Notes: generated by a model not told the origin, from the sequence alone. A stretch of 64,000 nt of DNA from an uncultured Actinomycetes bacterium (GCA_963725665.1 CAVRZA010000004.1:352001-416000); one strand, 5' to 3'; shown: positions 43,679 to 53,796, counted from the first letter of the stretch. A program made the numbers and translations.

Positions 43679-43794
<116 letters not shown>

Positions 43795-43800
43795 TTTCTC

Positions 43801-43848
43801 AAATGAAAGAGGCCCTCGAGGAAAGACCCTCGAGGGCCTCTTTCATTT
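43801..43848 (+). terminator. rrn intrinsic terminator
   Basis: 21-bp perfect inverted repeat aaatgaaagaggccctcgagg / cctcgagggcctctttcattt. Confidence 0.9.
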
Positions 43849-43905
43849 GGCCCGCGCGCCAGCCGCCGGATGACAGAGCTCTGCGTCAACCACTAGGATG
43901 CTGTC

Positions 43906-44352
43906 GTGGCTGCGGCGAGCATCGACATCAGGCGGACGGACGACAGGCGAGCCGCCGTCGCGCTCGGCATCGCCGGCGGTCTCGACGAGCGCGGCCCCGG
44001 CGACGTGGACGTCGCCGCGGTGTGGGGCGCCTACGACGGCGATTCCCTCGTCGGCACCGTAACGCTGGGGACGCTGCACGGACTGACCGTCGTGAGCCGG
44101 CTCGCCGTCGACGAGGCGTACCGAGGCCGAGGGCTGGGACGGCTCCTGCTCGGCGAGCTCGAGGCGGAGGTGCGCCGTCGTGGCGTCCGCGAGGTCTGGG
44201 CGCCGGTGCGCGCGCCGGAGTTCTTCAGGGCGGCGGGGTACGAGGTAAGTGCGACGGGCGACGAGCGCGACGCGCTCCTCGCGGACTGTCTCGACTGCCG
44301 CCGCTTCGGCGGCGCCTGCCGTCCGCAGGTCGTCGTCAAGCGCTGGTCGTGA
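43906..44352 (+). CDS. GNAT N-acetyltransferase
   Basis: LAVDEAYRGRGLGRLL, FFRAAGY, C-terminal CLDC..C; GTG 6 nt after TAGGAT. Confidence 0.85.
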   Translation: MAAASIDIRRTDDRRAAVALGIAGGLDERGPGDVDVAAVWGAYDGDSLVGTVTLGTLHGLTVVSRLAVDEAYRGRGLGRLLLGELEAEVRRRGVREVWAPVRAPEFFRAAGYEVSATGDERDALLADCLDCRRFGGACRPQVVVKRWS

Positions 44353-44390
44353 CGGTCTATGACCGGTGAAGCGTAGGGAGCGGGGAGGCC

Positions 44391-45818
44391 GTGGTCAGAC
44401 CGAGGATCCAGTATCTGAGTGACTCCGAGAGGGAGTACGTGCACGAGCAGACCATGCGCGTGCTCGAGGAGGTCGGCGTGGCCTACAACACGCCTCTGGC
44501 GATCGACCTGCTGGCGCAGGCCGGGGCATCCGTAGACCGGGAGAAGCTGACGGCCAAGATCCCCCGCGAGCTGGTCGAGCGATGTCTCGAGACGGTGCCC
44601 GACTCCGTGCTGCTCGCGGCGCGCGACGGCCGGCACGACCGTGTCGTGCGCGTCGGAGGACCGCCGGTGTTCACGACCGACGGCACGGCCAACTACGTGC
44701 TCGACGATCTCACCGGTGAACGCCACGAAGGGACGGCGGAGGACCTGCGCGCCGCCATGCGCCTCTTCGACGCGCTCCCCGAGATCGATTTCGTCTGGCC
44801 GTCGGTCTACCCGCGCGACTGCGATCCGGCGACGGCGGGCCTCGAGATGTCGTCGATCTCGCTCATGGCCTGCAGCAAGCACGTGCAGGACGAGGTGCGC
44901 ACGCCCGACCTTGTGCCCCCGCTTCTGGAGATCATCACAGCCATCGCGGGCGCCCCGGTCAAGGAGCGACCGGTCTACTCGGTCATCAACTGCACGATCG
45001 CGCCTCTTATGCACGACGGCCCCATGACCGAGGCGAGCGTCGCTCTCGCTCGCGCCGGCGTGCCGATCTTCATCCTGCCGATGGTCCTCATGGGCACGAC
45101 GGGACCGATGACGGTGCTGGGCACTTGCATACTCAACATGGCCGAGGCACTGTCGGCCGTCGTCCTCTTCCAGCTCGCCAGCCCGGGTTGTCCGCTGACC
45201 GTCGGGGTCGGCTCGGCCGCGGCTGAGATGCGCAGCGGCCTCTATCTCTGCGGCACGCCCGAGGTCGCGCTCATCAACCTGCTCTGCGGCGAGATGGGGC
45301 ATTTCTACGGTCTGCCGACCCAGGGCAGCGCCATCGGCAGCGACGCCAAGGCCGTCAACTTCCAGGCCGGCGTCGAGGCGGGCATGACCGGCGTGCTGGA
45401 GGTGCTCGGCGCCCTCGACTGCATCATCGCCTTCGGCCTCCTCGACGGGGCGCAGATGTTGAGCTACGCCAAGACGGTCATCGACGCCGAGACGGTGGCC
45501 ATGATCAAGCGGCTCCTGCGCGGCGACGAATTGAACGAGAGCACCGCGCTCTTGGATGAGATCGCCTCGGTCGGCATCGGCGGGCACTTCCTGGCCGCGA
45601 AGAGCACGCGCCGCCTCTACCGCGGGGGTGAGCTGTGGCAGTCGTCGCTCTTCCAGCGCGGGCCGTTCGAGAACTACGTCGGGCGCTCGCTGCTCGAGGA
45701 GGCCGTCGAGAAGGCGCGCGACCTCATCGCGACGCACGAGGTCCCGCCGGTCGGCGATGAGGTCGCGCGCCACGTCGCAGACACGATCGCCGCCTACGCC
45801 GCCGCCAGGCGGGCGTGA
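44391..45818 (+). CDS. Trimethylamine methyltransferase (MttB) superfamily protein, non-pyrrolysine
   Basis: VHEQTMRVLEEVGV, APLMH, GTTGPMTVLGT, EMRSG..GTPE, SDAKAVNFQAG, VGIGGHFL. Confidence 0.92.
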   Translation: MVRPRIQYLSDSEREYVHEQTMRVLEEVGVAYNTPLAIDLLAQAGASVDREKLTAKIPRELVERCLETVPDSVLLAARDGRHDRVVRVGGPPVFTTDGTANYVLDDLTGERHEGTAEDLRAAMRLFDALPEIDFVWPSVYPRDCDPATAGLEMSSISLMACSKHVQDEVRTPDLVPPLLEIITAIAGAPVKERPVYSVINCTIAPLMHDGPMTEASVALARAGVPIFILPMVLMGTTGPMTVLGTCILNMAEALSAVVLFQLASPGCPLTVGVGSAAAEMRSGLYLCGTPEVALINLLCGEMGHFYGLPTQGSAIGSDAKAVNFQAGVEAGMTGVLEVLGALDCIIAFGLLDGAQMLSYAKTVIDAETVAMIKRLLRGDELNESTALLDEIASVGIGGHFLAAKSTRRLYRGGELWQSSLFQRGPFENYVGRSLLEEAVEKARDLIATHEVPPVGDEVARHVADTIAAYAAARRA

Positions 45819-45824
45819 GGCGAC

Positions 45825-46748
45825 GTGCCCGTGGCCGGAGTGCAGCAGCGCGATCCCATCACGGTGGAGGTCTGGCGCGGCGAGGCGGTAGAGAGCCTGC
45901 ACACCGTGGTCGCCGCGGTCGTCGACGCCGAGGGACGCGAGGTCGAGCGCTACGGAGACCCCGACTTCGTCACCTTCTGGCGGTCCGCGGCGAAGCCGTT
46001 CCAGGAACGCATCTGGGTCGAGGACGGCACGATCGACCACTGGGGCTGGGGCTCTCGCGAGATGGCCATCATCGCCTCGTCTCACGTGGGCTCGGACGAG
46101 CACGCCGATCTCGTGCGGCGGATGCTCGCCGATCTGGGCCTGAGCGAAGACGACTTGCGCTGCGACCATGAGCTCCGAGCCCGGCACAACTGCTCGGGCA
46201 ACCACACCGGGATCCTCGCCGCTTGCCGCTACCACGGGTGGGACGTCCCCAGCTACCAGCAGCCCAGTCATCCGGCGCAGCAAGCGATGCTGCGCTCGTT
46301 CGCCGACGCGACGGGCGTCTCGCGGGCCGACACGAAGCTCGGTGTCGATGGCTGCGGCATCGTCGTCTACGCGACCCCGGTCGTGGCTGCGGCGCGCGCC
46401 TACGCGCGTCTGCCCGGGCTCATGCCGCGCATCGCCGACGCGATGCGCGAGCACCCCGTGCTGGTGGAGGGGGAGGGTGAGGTCGACACCGTGGTCATGC
46501 AGGGCTTCGCCGGCGCGGTCGCGAAGGTCGGCGCGGAGGGACTGGGGTGCGTCTCGCTGCCCGACGGAGGCGGTCTCTCCCTCAAGGTGCTCGACGGCGG
46601 CGACCGGGCGGTCGAGGCCGCGGAGGTCCATCTGCTGGCGCGCCTGCTCGGTGTCGAGGTGCCCGAGGTCTGCGCGCGACGAGCTCGCCCGCCCGTCGTC
46701 AACGACGTTGGCGACGTGGTCGGCGAGCTCGTCGCGCGCCTGCCGTAG
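45825..46748 (+). CDS. L-asparaginase II (Rhizobium etli-type) family protein
   Basis: RGEAVESLH, RSAAKPFQ, SSHVG, HNCSGNH, VDGCG, AKVGAEG. Confidence 0.9.
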   Translation: MPVAGVQQRDPITVEVWRGEAVESLHTVVAAVVDAEGREVERYGDPDFVTFWRSAAKPFQERIWVEDGTIDHWGWGSREMAIIASSHVGSDEHADLVRRMLADLGLSEDDLRCDHELRARHNCSGNHTGILAACRYHGWDVPSYQQPSHPAQQAMLRSFADATGVSRADTKLGVDGCGIVVYATPVVAAARAYARLPGLMPRIADAMREHPVLVEGEGEVDTVVMQGFAGAVAKVGAEGLGCVSLPDGGGLSLKVLDGGDRAVEAAEVHLLARLLGVEVPEVCARRARPPVVNDVGDVVGELVARLP

Positions 46749-46754
46749 GACCAC

Positions 46755-47423
46755 GTGGACGCAGGGGAGCAGGCGGTCGTCGTCGAGCGCCGCGAGGGAC
46801 GCAGCGGCGAGCTCGTCCTGCGGCGGCGCGAGAAGCAGTGGGAGGTCGTCCTCGACGGGACCTTCCTCATCGCCAGCGTGAACGAGGTGTCGAGCCGGGC
46901 TCTCATCCGGGCTGCGCTGCCCTTCCTGCCGGATCGCCCCCTGGATGTCCTAATCGGCGGTCTCGGTATGGGTTATGCGCTGGACGAGGCGCTGAAGCTG
47001 AAGGCGCCGGCGCGCGTCACGGTGGCCGAGTTCGAACCCGTGATCGTCGAGTGGTTCGGCGGGTACTTCGGCGAGCGCGCGTCGCTGGCGCTCCGCGACG
47101 CGCGCTCGCAGATCGTCATCGCCGACGTGGCCGACGTATTGAACGACTCCCCGACGGCCTTCGATCTCATCGCCCTCGACACCGACAACGGTCCGTCGTG
47201 GCTGGTGCGCGGCGAGAACGCCGACCTGTACGATGTCGCCGGGCTCGAGACGGTGCGCCGCGCTTTGCGGCCGGGTGGTGCGGTGGTGTTTTGGTCCCCC
47301 GAACCGTACGCTTGGTTCGAGCGACGCCTGCTCCGTGTGTTCACGTCGGTCGCCACAAGCGAAGCGCACGACCAGGTGCAGGGCAGGAGACTGGCGTACA
47401 CGATGTACGTGTGCTGCTCGTAG
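46755..47423 (+). CDS. Spermidine synthase-like SAM-dependent transferase
   Basis: GELVLRRR, VLIGGLGMGY, VAEFEP, DLIALDTDNGP, LRPGG.VVFWS. Confidence 0.85.
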   Translation: MDAGEQAVVVERREGRSGELVLRRREKQWEVVLDGTFLIASVNEVSSRALIRAALPFLPDRPLDVLIGGLGMGYALDEALKLKAPARVTVAEFEPVIVEWFGGYFGERASLALRDARSQIVIADVADVLNDSPTAFDLIALDTDNGPSWLVRGENADLYDVAGLETVRRALRPGGAVVFWSPEPYAWFERRLLRVFTSVATSEAHDQVQGRRLAYTMYVCCS

Positions 47424-47554
47424 GCATGTGCGCCCCGACCGTCCACGCGCCGATTCCCGTGCCCCGCCGCGGCGCCGTTTCGACGAGGGGTCGACGCGGA
47501 AAGAACACGGCCGAGGCAGCCGCTGGCGCAAGACCAGGTCACGGAGGGGGAAGC

Positions 47555-47752
47555 ATGGCGCTTACCTGGGACGATCCCGAGGACATCGCGTTCGAGCTTC
47601 TGCAGACGCATCCCGACACCGATCCCCTCGATCTCAACTTCGTCGACTTGCACGCGATGGTCGTCGACCTGCCGGGATTCGGGGACGATCCCGACGAGGC
47701 CAGCGAGACCAAGCTCGAAGCGATCGTCTTGGCCTGGAATGACCAGTTCTGA
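47555..47752 (+). CDS. iscX: Fe-S cluster assembly protein IscX
   Basis: MALTWDDPEDIAFELLQTHPDTDPLDLNFVDLHAMVVDLPGFGDDPDEASETKLEAIVLAW; acidic 65 aa; SD ggagg. Confidence 0.9.
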   Translation: MALTWDDPEDIAFELLQTHPDTDPLDLNFVDLHAMVVDLPGFGDDPDEASETKLEAIVLAWNDQF

Positions 47753-48365
47753 ATCGGTGCTTGGTCTATTCCCGTTGGGCCTCGTCCTGGTGCCCGGCGA
47801 GCTCCTGCCTCTGCACATCTTCGAGGAGCGCTACAAACGCCTCATCGGGGAGTGCCGGGAGACCGGGGACGTCTTCGGCATCGTGCTGCGGCACGAGGAC
47901 AGCGTGGCCGAGTATGGCTGCACCGCCGAGGTGACGAGTGTCCTGGAGGAGTTCGACGACGGTCGGCTCAACATCGTCGTCCAAGGTCGGGAGCGCTTCC
48001 GCCTCCACGAGCTGTTCGAACCCGACGACGAGAACGACTTCCTGCGCGCGCGGGTGACCGTCTTCGAGGACGACGAGCCGGCGGCTCCTGCGAGGGTCCT
48101 GCGCAAGGCCGAGTCGTTGTACAGGCGCCTGCTGGAGCTCGCCGACGTCGAGGTCGCGGCCGGAGCCGGCGAAGGCGCGGAGGCCTCGTTCAGGATGGCC
48201 GGCACCGTCGATTTCGGGCTCATGGTGAAGCAGCAGCTCCTGGAGTCGCGCTCCGAGGCCGAGCGCCTGCAGCAGCTCGTCGGGCTGATGAGCTCCCTCA
48301 TACCGCGGCTCGAGCTGCGCAAGTCGCGCGAAGAAGCCATCCGCGGCAACGGCAAGGGGTATTAG
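47739..48365 (+). CDS. LON peptidase N-terminal substrate-binding domain protein
   Basis: LFPLGLVLVPGELLPLHIFEERYK, GC.AEV, DDGRLNIVVQGRERF. Confidence 0.9.
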   Translation: MTSSESVLGLFPLGLVLVPGELLPLHIFEERYKRLIGECRETGDVFGIVLRHEDSVAEYGCTAEVTSVLEEFDDGRLNIVVQGRERFRLHELFEPDDENDFLRARVTVFEDDEPAAPARVLRKAESLYRRLLELADVEVAAGAGEGAEASFRMAGTVDFGLMVKQQLLESRSEAERLQQLVGLMSSLIPRLELRKSREEAIRGNGKGY

Positions 48366-49336
48366 GGCACAAGCACGATCTTGCCGACGTGGTGCTCGGC
48401 GAGCAACTCGTGAGCGGTGCGTGCCTCGGAGAGTCGCAGGGTCTTCCATATCACCGGTTTGATGAGGCCTTGCTCGGCCAGGCGGGCGATCTCGCGCATC
48501 ATCTCGGCGACGCCAGCGCGGCCGGCGTTGGCCGTGCTCATGAACAGCACCGCAGCGTCCTTGCCGATGGCCGCGCCGATGGGCACGGCGACGTCGGCTC
48601 GCGGACCCTGCCCGGTGCAGACGATGCGTCCTCGCCTGGCGATCATGCCGATGTCGGCCGGCAGGTTCTCGCTCACCACCAGTTCGTGGATGAGATCGAC
48701 GCCGCGGCCGTCGGTGAGGCGGGCGACCTCGGCGCCGACGTCGCTCGTCTTGTAGACGATGACCTCGTCGGCGCCGAGGTCGCGCACCCGCCGCGCCGCT
48801 TCCTCGCTGCCCACGGTCGCCAGCACACGCGCCCCCAGGGCCTTGGCAAGCTGCACCGACGCCGTGCCGACTCCGCCTGAGGCGCCCTGGACGAGCACCG
48901 TCTCGCCCGGTCGCAGATCGCCCTTGCGTACCAGGGCGTAGTAGGCGGTGGGAAAGACGAGGCCCATCGCCGCCGCTTCGGCGAAGGAGAGGTTCTCGGG
49001 CTTGGCCACGCACTGCTCTGCCGCCACCAGGGCGTACTCGGCGTAGCTTCCCTCGCTGCCGATGCCGAGGCCCTGGAAGAAGATCTCATCGCCGGTCTTC
49101 ACGCCGCCGACTTCGGGGCCGACGGCCTCCACGACCCCGGCGCCGTCGCTACCTATGGTCTTGGGCGGCTTCTTGGGCGTGGGAAAGGCACCGGCGCGCA
49201 CGGCGGCGTCGACCTGGTTCGCGCTGGCCGCCTCGATGCGCACGAGCACCTGTCCCGGACCGGGAGACGGCGTGGGGACGTCCTCGTAGACGAGTACCTC
49301 CGGCCCCCCCGTCTCGTGGATGCGTACAGCCTTCAC
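48362..49336 (-). CDS. NADPH:quinone reductase (zeta-crystallin/MDR family)
   Basis: KAVRIHETGGPEVL, GSDGAGVV, GSYAEY, VLVQGASGGVG, GKIVL. Confidence 0.92.
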   Translation of the reverse strand: MKAVRIHETGGPEVLVYEDVPTPSPGPGQVLVRIEAASANQVDAAVRAGAFPTPKKPPKTIGSDGAGVVEAVGPEVGGVKTGDEIFFQGLGIGSEGSYAEYALVAAEQCVAKPENLSFAEAAAMGLVFPTAYYALVRKGDLRPGETVLVQGASGGVGTASVQLAKALGARVLATVGSEEAARRVRDLGADEVIVYKTSDVGAEVARLTDGRGVDLIHELVVSENLPADIGMIARRGRIVCTGQGPRADVAVPIGAAIGKDAAVLFMSTANAGRAGVAEMMREIARLAEQGLIKPVIWKTLRLSEARTAHELLAEHHVGKIVLVP

Positions 49337-49601
49337 CGTCCCTCCCATCCTCGTGGTGTGTGCGGCCGTCGCGCCCGTCTTGGCGCGGCACTGGTGTCTT
49401 ATGCCCGCTGTCTCGGGGCGGCAGTCGGACACGCTGCAGCGCTGGCTCGGCGGCGCGATCCGGGGGAGAGGGCAGCACGCTGGCGATGGCAAGTCCTTCG
49501 CGTGGGCGACGGGTGGGACTCTGGGAATGAGCAACGGGCGGCGGCACCCTCGGGTGCCGCCGCCCGTCGCCAAGAGTCCCGGCGAGGGAGCGAGCCGGCC
49601 G

Positions 49602-50600
49602 TCAGGGGCGGACCTCGATGCTTTGCGAGCCGCGATGGGGCGGCAGGAGGCCCAGTCGCCTGGCCGCCATCCAGCCCAGCCAGCCGAGCACGGCGATCAG
49701 CGCCAGGAACGGTATGGCCGCTCCGAGGGCGACAAACAGGGCGCGAGCGGCGCTTCCCAGCAGCGTGACGGAATGCACGAAGGCGGCGAGGAACGTCTGG
49801 TGCTTCGTCGCCGGCGCCACGGTCTTGCCCGGCTTCTCCGTGATGCTGACCGAGAGCGTGCCGTAGGTGATCTGCTCGCCCATCGCCTTGACCTGCCCCG
49901 CGAGCCTCTCGACCGTCAGCTGCGTATTGTCGATGCGCTGCTGGATGGCGAGCGCCTGATTGATGCTCGTGGCGTTGGCGAGGAAGGTGAGCAGGCGTCG
50001 CTCGACGGCGCGGTAGTGCGTCAGGCGGGCCTTGAGGTCGACGTATTGGCCGGTTACGTCCTCGGCTCCCGTCTGGAGCGCCTTGACCTCGCCCAACTGC
50101 CCGATGCGGCGGATCGCCTCTTGGAAGTTCTCCGCCGGGACGCGCACGACGATGTTCGCCGACGGCTTCTGCCCGTCGACGCCGCTCATGACGTAACTCT
50201 GCAGCACGTAGCCGCGCAGCGCGCCGGTGAGGACCGTGATCTTGCCTGCCGCACTGGGCACCTGGCCCTTGGCGACGTAGAGCGTCATCTCGCCCGTCTG
50301 CACGAGGAAACGCGCCGGGTCGAGGGGCGCGAGAGCGGCGTTCAGGTCGGTTGGCGCTGCGCTCGACGCGCTCGTGTCGCTACCCGGGGCGCGGACCTGG
50401 ACGTCGCTGCCCGTGACGGCGCCCGTCTCCTCCGGCAGGAGCTTGGCCGGCGCCGAGGAACCGCCGCCGTAGGTCGCGTCTCGCGCGGCTCCGTTGTGGA
50501 CTGCGATGACGGCGGCGACCGCCAGGACGAGGGCCACGACAAGCGCGGCGACGATGACGCCGCGGCGCTTGAACCACCGTCTCTTCGGGGACTCGTTCAT
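49602..50600 (-). CDS. DUF4349 domain membrane protein
   Basis: N-terminal TM, VRVPAENF, EDVTGQYVDLKARL coiled coil, C-terminal TM. Confidence 0.88.
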   Translation of the reverse strand: MNESPKRRWFKRRGVIVAALVVALVLAVAAVIAVHNGAARDATYGGGSSAPAKLLPEETGAVTGSDVQVRAPGSDTSASSAAPTDLNAALAPLDPARFLVQTGEMTLYVAKGQVPSAAGKITVLTGALRGYVLQSYVMSGVDGQKPSANIVVRVPAENFQEAIRRIGQLGEVKALQTGAEDVTGQYVDLKARLTHYRAVERRLLTFLANATSINQALAIQQRIDNTQLTVERLAGQVKAMGEQITYGTLSVSITEKPGKTVAPATKHQTFLAAFVHSVTLLGSAARALFVALGAAIPFLALIAVLGWLGWMAARRLGLLPPHRGSQSIEVRP

Positions 50601-50712
50601 GCTCGCTCCCTTCGCTTCGGGGTATCTCCTGTCTGCCGGGGAGACGTCCCGACTCTGCCGATGGTTCGCGCGGCAGCTAAAGCGCTGCGTCGGCGAGGGC
50701 GATACAGACTGC

Positions 50713-51540
50713 ATGCTCCCCGTGGTCAGTCACGAGGTGAAGACGGGGCGGTGGCCGCACGTCACCGTCTGCCTCATCGGGCTCAACCTCACCGTGTTCG
50801 CGTTCGAGGCCACCATCGGCGTGCGCTTCGTCCCGTTCCTGCAGGAGTGGGGCCTCGTGCCGGCGCGCGTCAACGCCGAGATCACCTCACACAACCTCGT
50901 CACGTTGGGCACCTCCATGTTCCTGCACGTGAGCGTCATCCACCTGCTGACGAACATGTGGTTCCTGTACGTGTTCGGTGATTCCGTTGAAGACGCTCTG
51001 GGCCCGCGCTGGTACCTCCTCCTGTACCTGACGAGTGGCTTCTTCGGCAGCGTCGCCTACCTCGCAACGAGCTCGGGCTCCGCCACGCCGGTGGTAGGGG
51101 CGAGCGGCGCCATCTCGGGCGTCATGGCCGCCAGCCTGGTGATGTGGCCGACGGCGCGTCTCAAGATCCCCGGCATCTTCCTGCTCGTGTACACCCTGCT
51201 TCTGCTCTACCAGGTGCTCGTGCTGCTCGGCCTGCCGCCGCTGTTGCTCGGCGGACCGCTGCTCTTCGTGCTCGGCAGCGTCGTGACGATGCTTATGACG
51301 CGCGAGGTCGGCGGCTTCGTTTCGGCCATGGTGCGCGGTGTGGAGTTGCCGGCGTACTTCGTGCTGGGTCTCTTCTTCGGCATGCAGCTCTGGTCGGGCG
51401 CTCTGGTGCTCGTCAACCCGGAGTACGGCGGGAGCGTCGGCTGGTTCGCCCACATCGGCGGCTTCGCCACTGGGGCGCTGTTCGCCTATCTGTTCCCCAA
51501 GCACCCGATCGAGCTCCGCCGACGGGCGCTCTTGGAGTGA
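50713..51540 (+). CDS. Rhomboid-family intramembrane serine protease
   Basis: TSMFLH..HLLTNMWFL.VFGDSVED, VGASGAISG, AHIGGF. Confidence 0.93.
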   Translation: MLPVVSHEVKTGRWPHVTVCLIGLNLTVFAFEATIGVRFVPFLQEWGLVPARVNAEITSHNLVTLGTSMFLHVSVIHLLTNMWFLYVFGDSVEDALGPRWYLLLYLTSGFFGSVAYLATSSGSATPVVGASGAISGVMAASLVMWPTARLKIPGIFLLVYTLLLLYQVLVLLGLPPLLLGGPLLFVLGSVVTMLMTREVGGFVSAMVRGVELPAYFVLGLFFGMQLWSGALVLVNPEYGGSVGWFAHIGGFATGALFAYLFPKHPIELRRRALLE

Positions 51541-52353
51541 GCGCCGTGGATCGACTTCTCGCTTGTCATGCGTGCGCCGGCCGCTTCACCTTCGCTGAGT
51601 GGTCGAGGACCGCCTGCTGCCCGCACTGCGGCGCGCGCGTGAACTTCGTCGCCGCTACGGCTGGGCCGAGCGCGGCTGCCGCAGGCGCGTTGGAGGGACC
51701 GGACACGAGGCGGTGCTAGCGAGATGGCCGCAGAAGTGTCCGGTGTGCCACCTGCAGCGCCGGCTCCGGTGCCGGCCCCGACCTCGCTGCTCTCTGGCGA
51801 GCGGCTCTTCGCCTTCGGCAAGCCGCTCGCCCTCACCAGGGCCTGGATCGTCGTGTTCGCCATCTGGGTGGTCGTCGGCGGTCTGCTCGCCGTCGCCCGC
51901 GTCGAGATGGGCCATCTGCCGGTCCTGACGCCGCGCGAGCGGGCGGCGATCGGCTCCGTCGAGAAGGCGCGCATGGCCGACGGCACAAGCTACGGCCAGG
52001 CGCTGCATCTGGTGCGCAAGGCGCTCGACCCGCTGGGCGGCCTGACTGGCCAGGGCCCTCTCGGCGGCCTCACCGTCAAGCAGGCCGCGCCGCGCTGGTA
52101 TGTGATCGACCGTCCCTGGGAGCACACGGTATACGTCGCCTGGGAGCAGGAGGACGTGCTGACCGGCCAGGCGCTGCGCTTGGTGTGGACCGTACAGGGA
52201 CGGTCAGTGAAGGCCGAAGCCGCCTCGTATGCCTATTTGCAGGAGGTCGTGAAAACCGCTGCCAGGAAGCAGGACGGCGCCGCCACGAGTCCGGCACTCT
52301 TGCCCGATCCCGACACGCTCGCCACGGCCGAGCCTTCGCCCGTCGCGCCGTAG
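51537..52353 (+). CDS. Zinc-ribbon plus single-TM protein (two ORFs 51537..51719 and 51724..52353, possibly one frameshifted gene)
   Basis: GTGA overlap with rhomboid stop; CHAC...CPHCG ribbon; TM WIVVFAIWVVVGGLLAV in the second ORF. Confidence 0.55.
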
Positions 52354-52849
52354 GCCGGCGTTCCGACCAAGCCGAGGCCGAGTGGGCTTGATGACCGTGG
52401 TCAGAGCCCGTCGGAAGATTAGAGCGACGGGCAGATGGAGACGCAGGATTCCGGCCTGGGCGACGGGAAGGCCAGCGGCGGGGCGGGACCAGAACCTGCC
52501 CCAAGGCCACCGGGGTTAGGCGAGCGGATGGGGCGTGGTCCTGGTCGCCCCGGATCTCGGACGCGGCAGCACGACTGGGTCATCGTCCCGATCGTCGCTC
52601 GCTCCGACACCCCTGGCCAATCGTTGTTGTGCACCAGCTGTAGGCCTCATCGCAGCGCACTTCTGCAGAACTGCCCCCGATCGAGTAGCCACTCGCGTGG
52701 CTCTCACCGATGCGCGGTCAGGATTTGTTCAGGTGACGCGCTTCAGACTAGACGTGAACAAGAAGGTGCTAGGGCGGGTGCCGGCGTCTGCGCTCTCCGC
52801 CCCGCGCTCTTCTTGAGGGTCATACGCGGCCGCAAGCAGCGAGGGTTTC

Positions 52850-53572
52850 GTGAGAGTTGTCCAGGCTCAGACCGGTGGCCAGGGGGGGAGAGAGGTAGAG
52901 GCGCACGAGTATCCAGCGCTGCGAAACTACCGCGGTGACCAAGCGGGGCGGTACGATTGGGGTCGCTTCACATCTCGGGCTGGCCGGGTGACTGACCTGC
53001 TCGAGTGGCTGCTGCTGTCGCGGGCCCTGAAGAGGCTCCGACGGGCTAGCCAATCCCCGATCCATACCACTCTGGACGTGCCCATCGGTACAGGCCGGAT
53101 GGCTGAGCGTCTGACGCGTACGGGGTTTCTCGTCACCGGTGCAGACACTTCTGAGGACATGCTGGACATCGCTCGCGCCAAGGGGTCAGCGTCACGCTAC
53201 GTTGTGGCGAGGATCGAGAGCCTGCCGTTCAAAGAGAATGAGTTTGATGTCGTCGTCAGCGTGCGCCTCTTTGGGCATCTGCCTGACGCCGCGAAGGCCG
53301 ACGCACTTCGCGAGATCCAGCGAGTCAGCCGTCGTGGAGCCGTCATCTTCTTCCCGGGCAAGACGATGTGGCTCGACATACGCCGTGCTTGGCAGCACCG
53401 CCGTGGGCGGCCTCTCACGAGCTGGTATCCATTGACGGAAGCGCAGATGCGAGAGCTTGCGGAGGTTGCTGGTTTGACCCTTGATGGTACGCTCCGTTTG
53501 CACGGCGGGTTGGCGGAGACACGCGCCGCGGTCCTTGTGAATCCTCCCCCACCTTTCCCGCCCCGCTCCTGA
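52850..53572 (+). CDS. Class I SAM-dependent methyltransferase
   Basis: TLDVPIGTGR, GADTSEDML, LPFKENEFDVVVS, ALREIQRVSR; atypical codon usage. Confidence 0.85.
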   Translation: MRVVQAQTGGQGGREVEAHEYPALRNYRGDQAGRYDWGRFTSRAGRVTDLLEWLLLSRALKRLRRASQSPIHTTLDVPIGTGRMAERLTRTGFLVTGADTSEDMLDIARAKGSASRYVVARIESLPFKENEFDVVVSVRLFGHLPDAAKADALREIQRVSRRGAVIFFPGKTMWLDIRRAWQHRRGRPLTSWYPLTEAQMRELAEVAGLTLDGTLRLHGGLAETRAAVLVNPPPPFPPRS

Positions 53573-53796
53573 ACCGGTTCGTGGCTCGAGCGCTTCGGGG
53601 CCTCGGGCTCCGGCGCGCGCGGTCCGCGTTCGGGACGTCCGCAGCCGCGATGGGGCAAGAGTCCTGGAGCATCTCAGATACAGGCGAGCACCTCGGAGCG
53701 AGATCGCGGTGCGGCCGCCGCTCGCACGGCGCTCTCGGTCGTTCTCTGCGTGCGTGGCTTGAAGGACATGCGTTTGGCCTCCATACTCCGTGAGCA

